DNA of 64,000 nucleotides from Veleropilina oligotropha (Eukaryota): NCBI GenBank assembly GCA_048128005.1, contig JBEUKZ010000064.1, positions 186,001 to 250,000 of the forward strand, read 5' to 3'. Shown piece by piece: positions 12,068 to 23,608 of this stretch (position 1 is its first letter; each line of letters starts with the position of its first letter). The notes under the pieces were generated by a model. It saw only the letters and a program-made list of their open reading frames with translations, ran no database searches and was not told where the DNA came from. The position numbers and the translations under genes were made by a program.

Positions 12068-13270
12068 CAGAGGCCTGTTCAGGATCGACAGCGCTAGCGC
12101 GTTAGCTTCTGAACAGCGATGCTCGCCGTAGCGCCCGCGAGCGCAAGCAAGCAGCGGCGATCACACTCCGCGAGGTGTTCGCCTGTGATTCCAAGATGGC
12201 GTCCAATGCAGTGATAGTACGGTCTATTTTCGATAAATGACAATAGCACAAAAGTTTACAGTACCTTTGTATCACAAAGCGTTCTTGATGAATACTGGTC
12301 AAATAAGGAGTGGAATAAAAAAAAATCACAATAACATGATCCTACTTAGACAAAATAGGGCATCGCGCCGCATTGATTACGCATGTAGCCTAGGCCTACA
12401 ATGCTTATAGAACTGGGATTGTTTGTAAATAATATTTACTGGTATATACTACTCTAGGGGGTCATGCATGGTTTCCTGTGCTTTAAATTTTATTTTTGGT
12501 GGATTTTCAAATTAACCGATCATTATTTGTAACAAAGCTTCTTTGTAAATAAAGGTGGCCATTTTGAAAAAGGCGCTAGCGCTCGCTTTCGTTCAGAATC
12601 GAGTTAATCCAGTACGCAAGCGCTCACGTGAGCGCTATCCATCCTGAACAGGCCTCTGGTAATTAACTGAGGCCTGTTCAGGATCGACAGCGCTCGCTAG
12701 CGCTAGCGTGCGTTAGCTTCTGAACAGCGATGCTCGCCGTAGCGCCCGCGAGCGCAAGCAAGCAGCGGCGATCACACTCCGCGAGGTGTTCGCCTGTGAT
12801 TCCAAGATGGCGTCCAATGCAGTGATAGTACGGTCTATTTTCGATAAATGACAATAGCACAAAAGTTTACAGTACCTTTGTATCACAAAGCGTTCTTGAT
12901 GAATACTGGTCAAATAAGGAGTGGAATAAAAAAAAATCACAATAACATGATCCTACTTAGAAAAAATAGGGCATCGCGCCGCATTGATTACGCATGTAGC
13001 CTAGGCCTACAATGCTTATAGAACTGGGATTGTTTGTAAATAATATTTACTGGTATATACTACTCTAGGGGGGTCATGCATGGTTTCCTGTGCTTTAAAT
13101 TTTATTTTTGATGGATTTTCAAATTAACCGATCATTATTTGTAACAAAGCTTCTTTGTAAATAAAGGTGGCCATTTTGAAAAAGGCGCTAGCGCTCGCTT
13201 TCGTTCAGAATCGAGTTAACCCAGTACGCAAGCGCTCACGTGAGCGCTATCCATCCTGAACAGGCCTCTG
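12068..13270. mobile_element. Head-to-tail tandem pair of near-identical ~600-bp MITEs (CAG-terminal TIR, hAT-like)
   Basis: Each copy (12068-12658, 12667-13270) is bounded by CAGAGGCCTGTTCAGGAT / ATCCTGAACAGGCCTCTG (one mismatch at the start of copy 2). The internal sequences are almost identical, with an 8-bp spacer between copies. Confidence 0.85.
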
Positions 13271-13566
13271 ATATCATCAGTCCAAAACGCACAACTAGAC
13301 AATAAACAGAAAAACGTATCTATTTTTGTTCCACATACAATATATCAACACTTTGTCGGCTCGGGGCATGGGCCAGATCGAGTGGTCACGATGCTGGTCA
13401 GACTGCATGGAGCCTACCAGACCCGAGTTCCATTCAGGATGTGCAGAAAACCTTTCGTCATCACCACTGTACACAGCAAATGTTTGATTGAATAAAGATG
13501 TTCAAATGGAGGTGCAGACTATATAACAACAAAAAACTGGTTAAAATTATATTGTAGACCGATTAA

Positions 13567-15050
13567 AACAAGAAGACACAGTCATCGATATCCCCCGCAA
13601 CGATTACCATCATGAAATAGGAATATCCAAAAAGATTAGCGAGATTAACAAAAAGATAAAAGGCTCATCAGTAAGTTTTGTAAAGTTATGTCTAGCGAAT
13701 TAAGAGATATGCTCCGGAAAATATAACATAAACAAATTTAAAACAAGGGCAATAACTCTGAATAATCGCAACGTAACGTCGCAATTAGCAAAGGCACCAG
13801 TTCACCAACTACTTAACATACACAGCAGGTTTCGTAAAGTTATGTCGAGCGGTGTACGAGATACGCTATGGAAAAGATAATAATAAATAATTTAAGACAA
13901 GGGCAATAACTCTGTTAATAATCACTGCATAACGTTAAAATTAGCAAAAGGCATCAGCTCAGCTGCTACTTAATCCATTAACCCAATGTCGTGAAGCTAT
14001 GTCGAGCGGATTATGAGATATGCTACGGAAAAGATAACATTAACGACTTACAACAAGGGCAATAACTCTGAATAACCGCTGCACAGCGTCAAAATTAGCA
14101 AAAGGCACCAGTTCACCACATACTTAACACACCCAGCAAGTTTCGCAAAGTAACATGTCGAGCGGTGTATGAGATACGCTCAGGAAAAGATAACAACAAA
14201 TTTAAGAAAAGGGCAGTAACTCTGTTATTAATCACTGCATAATGTCAAAATTAGCAAAAGGCACCAGCTCAGCTGCTACTTAATCCATTCACCAAGTTTT
14301 GTGAAGCTATGTAGAGCAGCTTATGAAATATCCTAGGGTAAAGTTAACATTAATGATTTACAACAAGGGCAATAACTCTGAATAATCGCCACACAACGTC
14401 GAAATTAGCAAAAGGTACCAGTTCACCAACTACTTTACATACCCAGCAAGTTTCGCAAAGTTATGTCGAGCAGTGTATGAGATACTCTCCGGAAGACAAC
14501 GAATTTAAGACAAGGGCAGTAACTCTGCTAATAATCGGTTGCCCAATGTCGAAAGTAGCAAAAGGCACCAGTTCAGCTGCTACTTAATCCATTCACCAAG
14601 TTTCGTGAAGCTAAGTCAAGCGGATTACGAGATATGCTTTGGACGGACGGACAAAAACGATAAAATTAATGATTTAAAACAAGGGCAATAACTCTGAATA
14701 ATCGCAACGTAACGTAGAAATTAGCAAAAGGCACCAGTTCATCAACTACTTAACATACCCAGCAAGTTTCGCAAAGTTATATCGAGCGGTGTATGAAATA
14801 CGCCATGGAAAAGGTTATAACAACAAATTTAAGACAAGGGCACTAACTCTGTTAATAATCGGTGCACAATGTCGAAATTATCAAAAGTCACCAGTTCAGC
14901 TGCTAGTTAATCCATTCATCAAGTTTCGTGAAGTTACGTCGAGCGGATTACGAGATATGCTGTGGAAAAGATAATTTCCACGGACGAACAAACGGACAGA
15001 ACTCGTTTCTATATCCCCTGACAACTTTTTTGTTGCGGGGGATAATAAAA
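13567..15050 (+). mobile_element. Helentron-associated (HINE-like) non-autonomous element with an internal ~155-bp tandem array
   Basis: Subterminal inverted repeat tatcccccgcaac (~13589-13601) / gttgcgggggata (15032-15044), a 3' hairpin, ggacggac microsatellite, and repeated aagggcaataactctg units. Confidence 0.7.
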
Positions 15051-15071
15051 CTAGAATGCTCTGTCACCCAT

Positions 15072-16315
15072 GATCGCATACATATCCCTCGGCAGGGCTG
15101 TACTCGGGACAGTTGATCGCATACATATCCCTCGGCGGCAGGGCTGTACTCGGGACAGTTGATCGCATACATATCCCTCGGCGGCAGGGCTGTACTCGGG
15201 ACAGTTGATCGCATACATATCCCTCGGCGGCAGGGCTGTACTCGGGACAGTTGATCGCATACATATCCCTCGGCAGCAGGGCTGTACTCGGGACAGTTGA
15301 TCGCATACATATCCCTCGGCGGCAGGGCTGTACTCGGGACAGTTGATCGCATACATATCCCTCGGCGGCAGGGCTGTACTCGGGACAGTTGATCGCATAC
15401 ATATCCCTCGGCGGCAGGGCTGTACTCGGGACAGTTGATCGCATACATATCCCTCGGCAGGGCTGTACTCAGGACAGTTGATCGCATACATATCCCTCGG
15501 CGGCAGGGCTGTACTCGGTCACCTGTGATCGCATACATATCCCTCGGCGGCAGGGCTGTACTCGGGACAGTTGATCGCATACATATCCCTCGGCAGGGCT
15601 GTACTCGGGACAGTTGATCGCATACATATCCCTCAGCGGCAGGGCTGTACTCGGGACAGTTGATCGCATACATATCCCTCAGAGGCAGGGCTGTACTCGG
15701 GACAGTTGATCGCATACATATCCCTCAGCGGCAGGGCTGTACTCGGGACAGTTGATCACATACATATCCCTCGGCGGCAGGGCTGTACTCGGGACAGTTG
15801 ATCGCATACATATCCGTCGGCAGGGCTGTACTCAGGACAGTTGATCGCATACATATCCCTCGGCGGCAGGGCTGTACTCGGTCACCTGTGATCGCATACA
15901 TATCCCTCGGCGGCAGGGCTGTACTCGGGACAGTTGATCGCATACATATCCCTCGGCGGCAGGGCTGTACTCGGGACAGTTGATCGCATACATATCCCTC
16001 AGCGGCAGGGCTGTACTCGGGACAGTTGATCACATACATATCCCTCGGCGGCAGGGCTGTACTCGGGACAGTTGATCGCATACATATCCCTCAGCGGCAG
16101 GGCTGTACTCGGGACAGTTGATCACATACATATCCCTCGGCGGCAGGGCTGTACTCGGGACAGTTGATCAAGTACATATCCCTCGGCGGCAGGGCTGTAC
16201 TCGGGACAGTTGATCGCATACATATCCCTCGGCGGCACGGCTGTACTCGGGACAGTTGATCGCATACATATCCCTCGGCGGCAGGGCTGTACTCGGGACA
16301 GTTGATCAAGTACAT
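15072..16315. repeat. 46-bp (43-bp variant) minisatellite
   Basis: Unit gatcgcatacatatccctcggcggcagggctgtactcgggacagtt. Confidence 0.95.
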
Positions 16316-17262
16316 AGTAAATTTGAGAACATTCCATTATGAAATTACCTGTCTTGAGGGATCACAAGGAATTACGGATGAAAATTCAAGATGGTGGCAA
16401 TGGTGGCCATCTTGGATGTGGGACCCCAACCAATGTATATACTAAATTTGAAAACATTCCGTTATGAAATGGCCTGTCTAGAACTCACTCTCCAGGCAAA
16501 GAGATACGAAACGACGACCCCAGTCTTATATCTCTGCTCTCGCTGGTCGCTATGTGGCGGATCGCCACATAGTTAATATACATATTATTTCGCTTCAGTT
16601 TGTAATTTAATGAAGTGCAAATGACATGGTTAAGTGTTTTCAAGAAAAGGGTAGGCTAATAACGTTTTAAATATGAAATACAGTGATGTTAAACAGCAAA
16701 TAGTTCCGCGTAGCCATATTCAGCCAATTTATTCACCGCGTAGCTAATTTATTAACTGCACAAACATTTTATATTGCTTCTAAAAGTTTATTTTAATTAA
16801 CTTTTAACTAAATTTGATATATTAAATACATATTAATGTTTGGAAAATTTCAAAGAGACGATATTCCAGTCGGGAAAGAAGTAGGCGGACCAGCGAGAGC
16901 ATAGTCAATAACCAATAAAATGGCCGACTATGCGAGCAGAGTGTCTAGAACTATCACAAGGAATCTCTCGGCAGATGCAGAGCCAGTTTCATATTTTCCA
17001 GATGAATCACACGTGCAATAACTAATTCTATGCAAATGAAGGAAAGCATGATGCCATCTAGTCGCATCTGGTGCTAATTTTATTAGATGGCACATCACCC
17101 TAATTAATATATTAGATAATTCATATGTGCTGTCGAGGCATGATGCATCTGAGACAGGCCGTTTTATGACTGAAAGTACTGACAGAAATCATTTTAAAAA
17201 CTGTAAATAAATGAGTTTAAAAACGTAAAAATATAAATTTAAAGGTAAATGAAGTCATGTGA

Positions 17263-17413
17263 TAAAGAAGATCTCAAACTTGTTTCCATTTCATATGAGA
17301 ATTATCAAACTCGTCAGCAAATTTATGTACCTCGCCAAGGCTCTGTACATAAATTGTGCCCGACTCGTTTCATAATTTTCTTGTGAAATGGACTCTCGTT
17401 TGAGATCCTCTAT
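17263..17413. repeat. Imperfect ~150-bp palindrome (MITE-like)
   Basis: Nested complementary arms gatctcaaac/gtttgagatc, tccatttca/tgaaatgga and aatttatgtac/gtacataaatt. Confidence 0.7.
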
Positions 17414-17981
17414 TCGAATTCAGACAGCTGTAGATAATATATTAACTGCTTGAATAATAGGATGAAAAAAGATAGGTATAAAAAATGATAATTCATCAAG
17501 TATCACAGGCACATTTAATAATTGATTTGATATTTGCAAAATGTCATTTTAAATAATGAATGAAATGGAATGCAGGATTTCAAGAAAATCTATAAGTTAA
17601 TTGTCTATGAACAGCTGGTAAAGAAATAAAGTAAACAATTCATATGAAACTACCACATTATATTGCAGTAATTTTATTTAATTGATTCTAAATGAGGCAT
17701 GCAGTTTCAGATTTATGCATTATTAGCCCATTAGTTTACAGATAGTTTCGAAATGAGGTATTATAGGACACATAAAATACCAATGCATGGTATATAATCA
17801 CCGTAATCCGGATAGAGAGGAACCCGTCAGGCCCCCAGGCTTCCTGTAAATAGAAATATTACTTGATAATACGTTGATATGGAATGCTGGTTATAGATGC
17901 AATAAATTAATAAAATATCTAGTCTAAACACAAGTACAAGAATTATGAAACAGGGACAAGCACATGACAAGGAAAAAATGG

Positions 17982-18144
17982 TAAGTATTGGTTACCGGTC
18001 GAGTTGGGGGTGTTCATGGATTTGAAAGACCTGCGCACGTGCGAATCGTGACACAGAGATCGCGAAGCGATCGAGGTGTTACCGCACGGAAGCAGGTCTT
18101 TCAAATCCATGAACACCGACTAACGAGGCCGGTAACTGACTTAC
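17982..18144. repeat. ~160-bp palindromic element with perfect 26-bp inner arms
   Basis: ggtgttcatggatttgaaagacctgc (18009-18034) is the exact reverse complement of 18092-18117. Outer arms are gtaagt..gttaccgg / ccggtaac..acttac. Confidence 0.85.
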
Positions 18145-19645
18145 ACAACGGCTCACAACATGGATGTGTAATATAACAAAACGCCACTAGCATGAACACT
18201 TTAATTATGTGTGAAATATACTATACCAATATACTCAATTTATAACATTTTTGTAAGATACTACTATTACGGGCCATAAGGCGTTACATTATTTTATCCT
18301 GTTTATATCACCAATCCATTAATCTGACCACTGAACACACTGATCACGAAGTAATTGGCTATTAAATAATCATGCTTTGCGGGCAAATGAAGAATGTGGT
18401 TCCTATTCAAAATGTCGACAGAAGATCGGTATGACGCCGACTAGATCCTATGGCAAGTACTGAATTTGGTAGAAGAATCGCAACATCAACATATGGAGGT
18501 AGCCGTTAAAGGCTCCATAACACAAAATACTATCGTGTCGGGCAATTTGAATAAGGAAGGTAGGTATGCTATAAACTATTATTTTCGAACTCTTTCTATT
18601 GGATACGCATAGTATGCACCGGCAGCTCACAGAGTTTTGTTGTTTTATCTGCGGCGCCTCGATGATGCAATGTACGATAAGTTTGTTGCACAAAATTTAG
18701 TTGCACGATGATCATTTCCGATACCGTAATTTTTACACCAGGTTAACGATCTTCAGATATACCAAGTCTTCTTTCCATGATAACATTTGGCATGTTTCAG
18801 AATGATAATATCTGTTAATGCAGTAGATTTCAATCTTTTTCAAACAAAATAACTTTATGTACATGTGTATATACATTGTAAGAGACTGTGTAGTATTTCC
18901 CAATTCTTTGTATTGGATATGCACTGATTATGTTTATTGCATGTATTATATACGAATATAAGTTAGCATTATAAATGTTGAAAATTAACCGGTCACAGGC
19001 ATAGTTATGTGGTTTCATCTGATGAGCCTCGATGGTGCAGTGTTCAGAATGTTGTACAAAATCCAATTGCAGGTTAGGCATTTTCGAGCGCGTCAACTAT
19101 TAACGACATTCCAGGCGCTAATACATAAATATTATTAATATGTTAGTCAGAGAAAAATAAATCTTTCTGTTAATCGTATTTATTTTTGTTTATTTCTTGC
19201 TAAAATATATATCTGTGTGTAATGTTTTCAGATTCAACCAGACTGCTAATTGGAGGAGGAATTATGCTTAATGTCCTGTATATTTATAACATCGAGGTTC
19301 AAGGCAGGACATGTCCGTGTTATCGCGGGAGGAAACCCCGGTCGCCGGGTAAACCCGCCCTCTTCGGCCAGTCACGGACAACTGTGCTTCATAACTTGAA
19401 CAAATGTGTGCTGCCTCAGCCGGGGGTCGATCCCACTACTGTTCGCGTCAGCGGAAACAAGCCAGTGAATTTAGAGTGGACACTCTACCCACTGCGCTAC
19501 CGAAGCGGCCACTGCTAATTGGATCAATTAGCCAGGGCACTTCTGGCCAATTACGGAGTTCAGACCGAACTATTGTCAATTTCACATTGCTTTCAGGTTA
19601 CAGCCAGTTGCATGAACGGAGGTGGGTATAGAGCATAGTATACCA

Positions 19646-19760
19646 ACCTCTGCATGCTCTATACCGACCTCTGCATGCTCTATATCGACCTCTGCATGCT
19701 CTATACCGACCTCTGCATGCTCTACACCGACCTCTGCATGCTCCATACCAACCTCTGCAC
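19646..19760. repeat. 21-bp minisatellite (~5.5 copies)
   Basis: Unit acctctgcatgctctataccg. Confidence 0.9.
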
Positions 19761-21204
19761 GAGAATCGTCATTGAAAACAAGGTGTTCACGCTGAATACC
19801 TACCTCTTCAAAACAAAAGAGCCGTTGTGTAATAAGCACATAACTGGTGTACTAAACTGCAATTATCTTACAGGTTGCAACCACATCTGAATATCCGCTG
19901 TTAAAGAAAATACCAGTTTTCATAAGAAGGCCTATGAACTCAGCTATTCAGGTATGTTCTTGAAGGCAAGAATTTGAAGAAATATTTACAGAAACAATTT
20001 AAACCTTGAACATAAAATGCCAATATAGAAATGAAGTTATCAGAGTTTTTGAGAAATTGACAGAAACTTGAAAAGTTAACAGACTGATGACATACAATCA
20101 GGATCGGAATAGGTCTGCTTACTCCTGCTGAGATACAATATAAGTGTTGTCCATTTCCTGGAAACACTGACGCACCTTCCACTTTAGATCTCAATACATT
20201 CCAGTGGAGAAATCACACTTTGAGTTCATTAAGAACCATTTGTTCAAGACGGAGGTTTATGCACCCGACACAAATCTTTGATATGTACAACCTGATTGCA
20301 CTGATCTCCTGCAGTAACCACTATCTCCCACAAGATTTCTTGAATTCTCATTGTATGCATGCACATTAATCAAAGAGTACTTTTAGTGGTACAATATGCT
20401 CAAACTACAATCATGATAACATCATGGCCTCTGTATTTATGGTGCTATAAGAGATTGATTTCATTTCATGTACATCACAGTTCACTTGTATATCAATGGA
20501 TGTGTGAAAGGGAGTTAACCATGGCATATGTGTTCCTGGAACACAATCCAAGACCTTTGACAAATGTGTCTGCAAATAGCGCTTGTCAGTGTAAACCCCT
20601 CACACAATATATTCTCCTGACTGTGGAGGTTTGGCATTCAGCTGCCAGCCTGTGTCAACCTAATCCTTTTTTCCACATAGTTGTATGATGACATACAAAG
20701 ATTAAGTACCATTCACAAAGAGCAGGTCAAATTCACCCAAAGAAGCAGAAAACAAATGGTAACTGCAGATTCCATGACAAGGGACTGCCAGGAACCAGGG
20801 GATGGCAAATGAGGAAACATAATCATCTTAGCTAATCATATGCCACCAATGGCGCCATCTACAGGCTGGAGAAAACATTTTTAAGAACTGAGAGGAGAAA
20901 GGCATATATGATTCTTCCAACCAGGATCATATCGCATAACACGTAATTACAGAATGATTGGGGCTCCTAATTAAACTGGCACCCTCTGAGCTAGATGCAT
21001 CTGGAAGTGATTGCTTATTAGAAGCCCATAAAAAAACATCAACACACCAGATTATCTAGAAGGATGAAGTAACGGCTACTTTCACTAGGCTGCTTCCGAT
21101 TACTGGACAAATATAACAGCTCCTTGTCATGTTGACCCTCCTTGGAAACACTTGATATCCATCACATTAAGTGGTTATTTGATTGAAATTTTTTTAGCAA
21201 CATG

Positions 21205-21642
21205 AGCAGCAGGGGGGGTGACCATACCTTTTATCTGGGGGCGCGGCGAGGGAAAATAAAGCTCCCAGCACCTTTTCAGAATTAATATGGATCTCAACTC
21301 AGCAGCAGGGGGTGATCATACCTTTTATAATGGGAAAATAAGGCTCCCAGCACCTGTTCCGAGGGGGGGTGACCATACCTTTTATCTGGGGGCGCGGCGA
21401 GGGAAATTAAGGCTCCCAGCACTTTTCAGAATTAATATGGATCTCAACTCAGCAGCAGGGGGGGTGATTGGACTTTTTAGAATGGGAAAATACAGCGCCC
21501 AGCACTATTTCAGAACTCAGGGTAGCTCGGACTAGTCAGCAGGGGAGTTTAGACTAGGGCCCCGGGGCGACCGGGAAGGCTCCCAGCTATATTTCAGACC
21601 CCAGGGGTAGGGATTGTATTACAAAAAGTCACCGTGTGTACA
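21205..21642 (+). repeat. Left terminal region: reiterated terminal blocks (21205, 21301, 21362) plus left TIR (21451-21642)
   Basis: AGCAGCAGGGGG starts at 21205, 21301 and 21451. 21451-21642 is inversely similar to 36665-36856. Confidence 0.85.
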
Positions 21643-21949
21643 AACTAGGGTAGCTTAGAATAGTAAATTAAATTAAAACACTTACCTGTGGACATTTCGG
21701 CCGAAACTCATATCACTAATCCCCCTCCAGCCTTCTACAGCCTTCTAGATCAGTTTATTGCCACATTTCCATATATAACTTGTTGACGAGCTCTGTTCGT
21801 TCTAGAGCTTTCCACGTACACATACTTGTTGACGATCTGTGATCATTCTAGAAGGCTGTATTGCCACGTGACCATGACTCCACTAGATTACTGTCTACCA
21901 TGTAAACATGGGGACTGATATATTATTTCTGTGCCAAACAGAATGTTGG

Positions 21950-22135
21950 GGACCAGAACAAGAAATCTGGGCCAATCTTTCTTGACTTGAGCCAGTAAAT
22001 GTTTATATCTGGGTCGACTCGGGACTGCGAGGTATTTCATTCATACGCGCAGAAGCAGCCAGACAGCATTTCTATAGTACTATAGAAATGGCGTGTCATG
22101 CTTTTAACGACTGTTGCCATTGATAAATCGGGCAA
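21950..22135 (-). pseudogene. Decayed paralogous fragment of the secreted Cys-rich cargo gene
   Basis: An 18-bp exact match gaagcagccagacagcat occurs at 22052-22069 and 22534-22551 (MLSGCF). It is flanked by YY-like and RKIG/QISC-like remnants with stops and frameshifts. Confidence 0.55.
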
Positions 22136-22458
22136 GAATGGCTGACTGGGATATTAATATTATTATTTAATACATTGATGTCTCTCCTAGTGTAGCTCTA
22201 AGCGCAGTACAAACTATAACTAATATTACAGTACAATGTACACAAGAATATACAGGAGAGACATCAATGATACATACTTAAGCAATAATAATAATAAACA
22301 GAATATTTTTTTCGAGTTTTTCAATTTTATCTTTTTTTTACAAGCGCAATCAGACAAAGAGGTGAAGCAGCCCCTGCGTGAACTTCAACCAACTTTGAAT
22401 GGTACAATATACGCAGGGGAAAGCCGGAAAAATATGTTTTAATGCAGGAGCAGCTGGT

Positions 22459-22890
22459 TTATATGAATATATAGTTACCCGATATTAAAGTACAATTACA
22501 GGGTGAGATTTGTCCGACTTTTCTCCACACACCGAAGCAGCCAGACAGCATGGTATAATACTCCCCATTTTTTCCAGGACATAACGAGGGGGTCGAACAC
22601 TGGACACATGTGACAGTATCTCTTGGTGTGGCAGGGCTACAGTCATTCTCTCCGATAATAAAATAGTGGCATGACGGTGGAGAGACATCAGGGGTGGGGT
22701 CTCTACCCGGGCGAAGAAGCAAGTTTCTACGTAAGGGGTCAAATCGGGCGTTATACCTGGGATGATTTCGGTACCTAGTCCACGTATGTTCCAGAATTAA
22801 TGCAGTGTTGTGTGTCGACGCCTGGGTAGACACACCCCCTAGCCAGCACACCGCGGCAATACACAGTAGCATAGATTTCATGGATTTCAT
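22459..22890 (-). CDS. Secreted cysteine-rich protein (viral cargo), 143 aa
   Basis: Signal-peptide-like N-terminus (MKSMKSMLLCIAAVCWLGGVSTQA) and eight Cys in the C-terminal half. Kozak-like caaccATG, upstream TATTAAA..CAGT, and ATTAAA just after the stop. Confidence 0.7.
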   Translation of the reverse strand: MKSMKSMLLCIAAVCWLGGVSTQASTHNTALILEHTWTRYRNHPRYNARFDPLRRNLLLRPGRDPTPDVSPPSCHYFIIGENDCSPATPRDTVTCVQCSTPSLCPGKNGEYYTMLSGCFGVWRKVGQISPCNCTLISGNYIFI

Positions 22891-22972
22891 GGTTGTCCAG
22901 ATATCACTGTCGATTTCTAGCTTTAATACGGGGGAGGAGCGGGGTAGTCGTGGCTACGCTCAACCTGGATAG

Positions 22973-23608
22973 TTAGTCGCCAGCTCCGATTTTTTTCAGC
23001 AGCTCTGCACGACCCTCTAAACGACCACGCTCAATAAGCTCGCTCTGGGTCTGTGAAATCGCGGTGTGCGCCTTCCTACTCTTATCCCGAATTGATGCCT
23101 TCATGGCTTGGTATTTCAACATCTCCCCTGTGACCAGTTGGAATTCATCATCAGACATCACCCCGTCCGATAATGCCTTTGAGACGTGGTCGGTTATGGT
23201 ATTCAGCTTGCTGTCGGCCAGGACTCGAATCTCGTCGTGTTTCTTAGCCTTCACCCCGAGGCGCCGGCTGATATACTTTCCACCCATACTAGCGAGCCCA
23301 CACCCTAATGCCGCTAGTTCCAGCACTAGGACGACCGGGGCGGCTACAATTGTGGACAGTAGACCAATTCCAGCGCTACCCATACCAAGTGTGGCGACGA
23401 CTAGTCCGTTATCTATACCGTCAACGACGTTAACACCTCGTCGGTACTTTTTATATAGTGCAGCCCGAGCATCCCGTTCTCGTTCTAATTGTCCCTGAAG
23501 CTCATTCACTTTCTGTAGTCGGAAAGACTGTGCCTCATGCAGTTCCGAAGGCACATCGCCACCAAGTTGTGGGTACAGCGTTGGCGCTGAGGGTTTGTTG
23601 TCCATCAT
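22973..23608 (-). CDS. Coiled-coil protein with a central Gly/Ala-rich hydrophobic hairpin (putative virion membrane protein), ~211 aa
   Basis: Open ORF; the ATG at 23608 overlaps the upstream stop (ATGA). Hydrophobic stretch GLVVATLGMGSAGIGLLSTIVAAPVVLVLELAALGCGLASMGG. Confidence 0.8.
   Translation of the reverse strand: MMDNKPSAPTLYPQLGGDVPSELHEAQSFRLQKVNELQGQLERERDARAALYKKYRRGVNVVDGIDNGLVVATLGMGSAGIGLLSTIVAAPVVLVLELAALGCGLASMGGKYISRRLGVKAKKHDEIRVLADSKLNTITDHVSKALSDGVMSDDEFQLVTGEMLKYQAMKASIRDKSRKAHTAISQTQSELIERGRLEGRAELLKKIGAGD

Noticed and set aside
14948..16337. Long repetitive ORFs (RSTVPSTALPPRDMYAINCPEY...)
   Set aside because: Translation products of a 46-bp minisatellite that cycle through all frames; no evidence of a gene.
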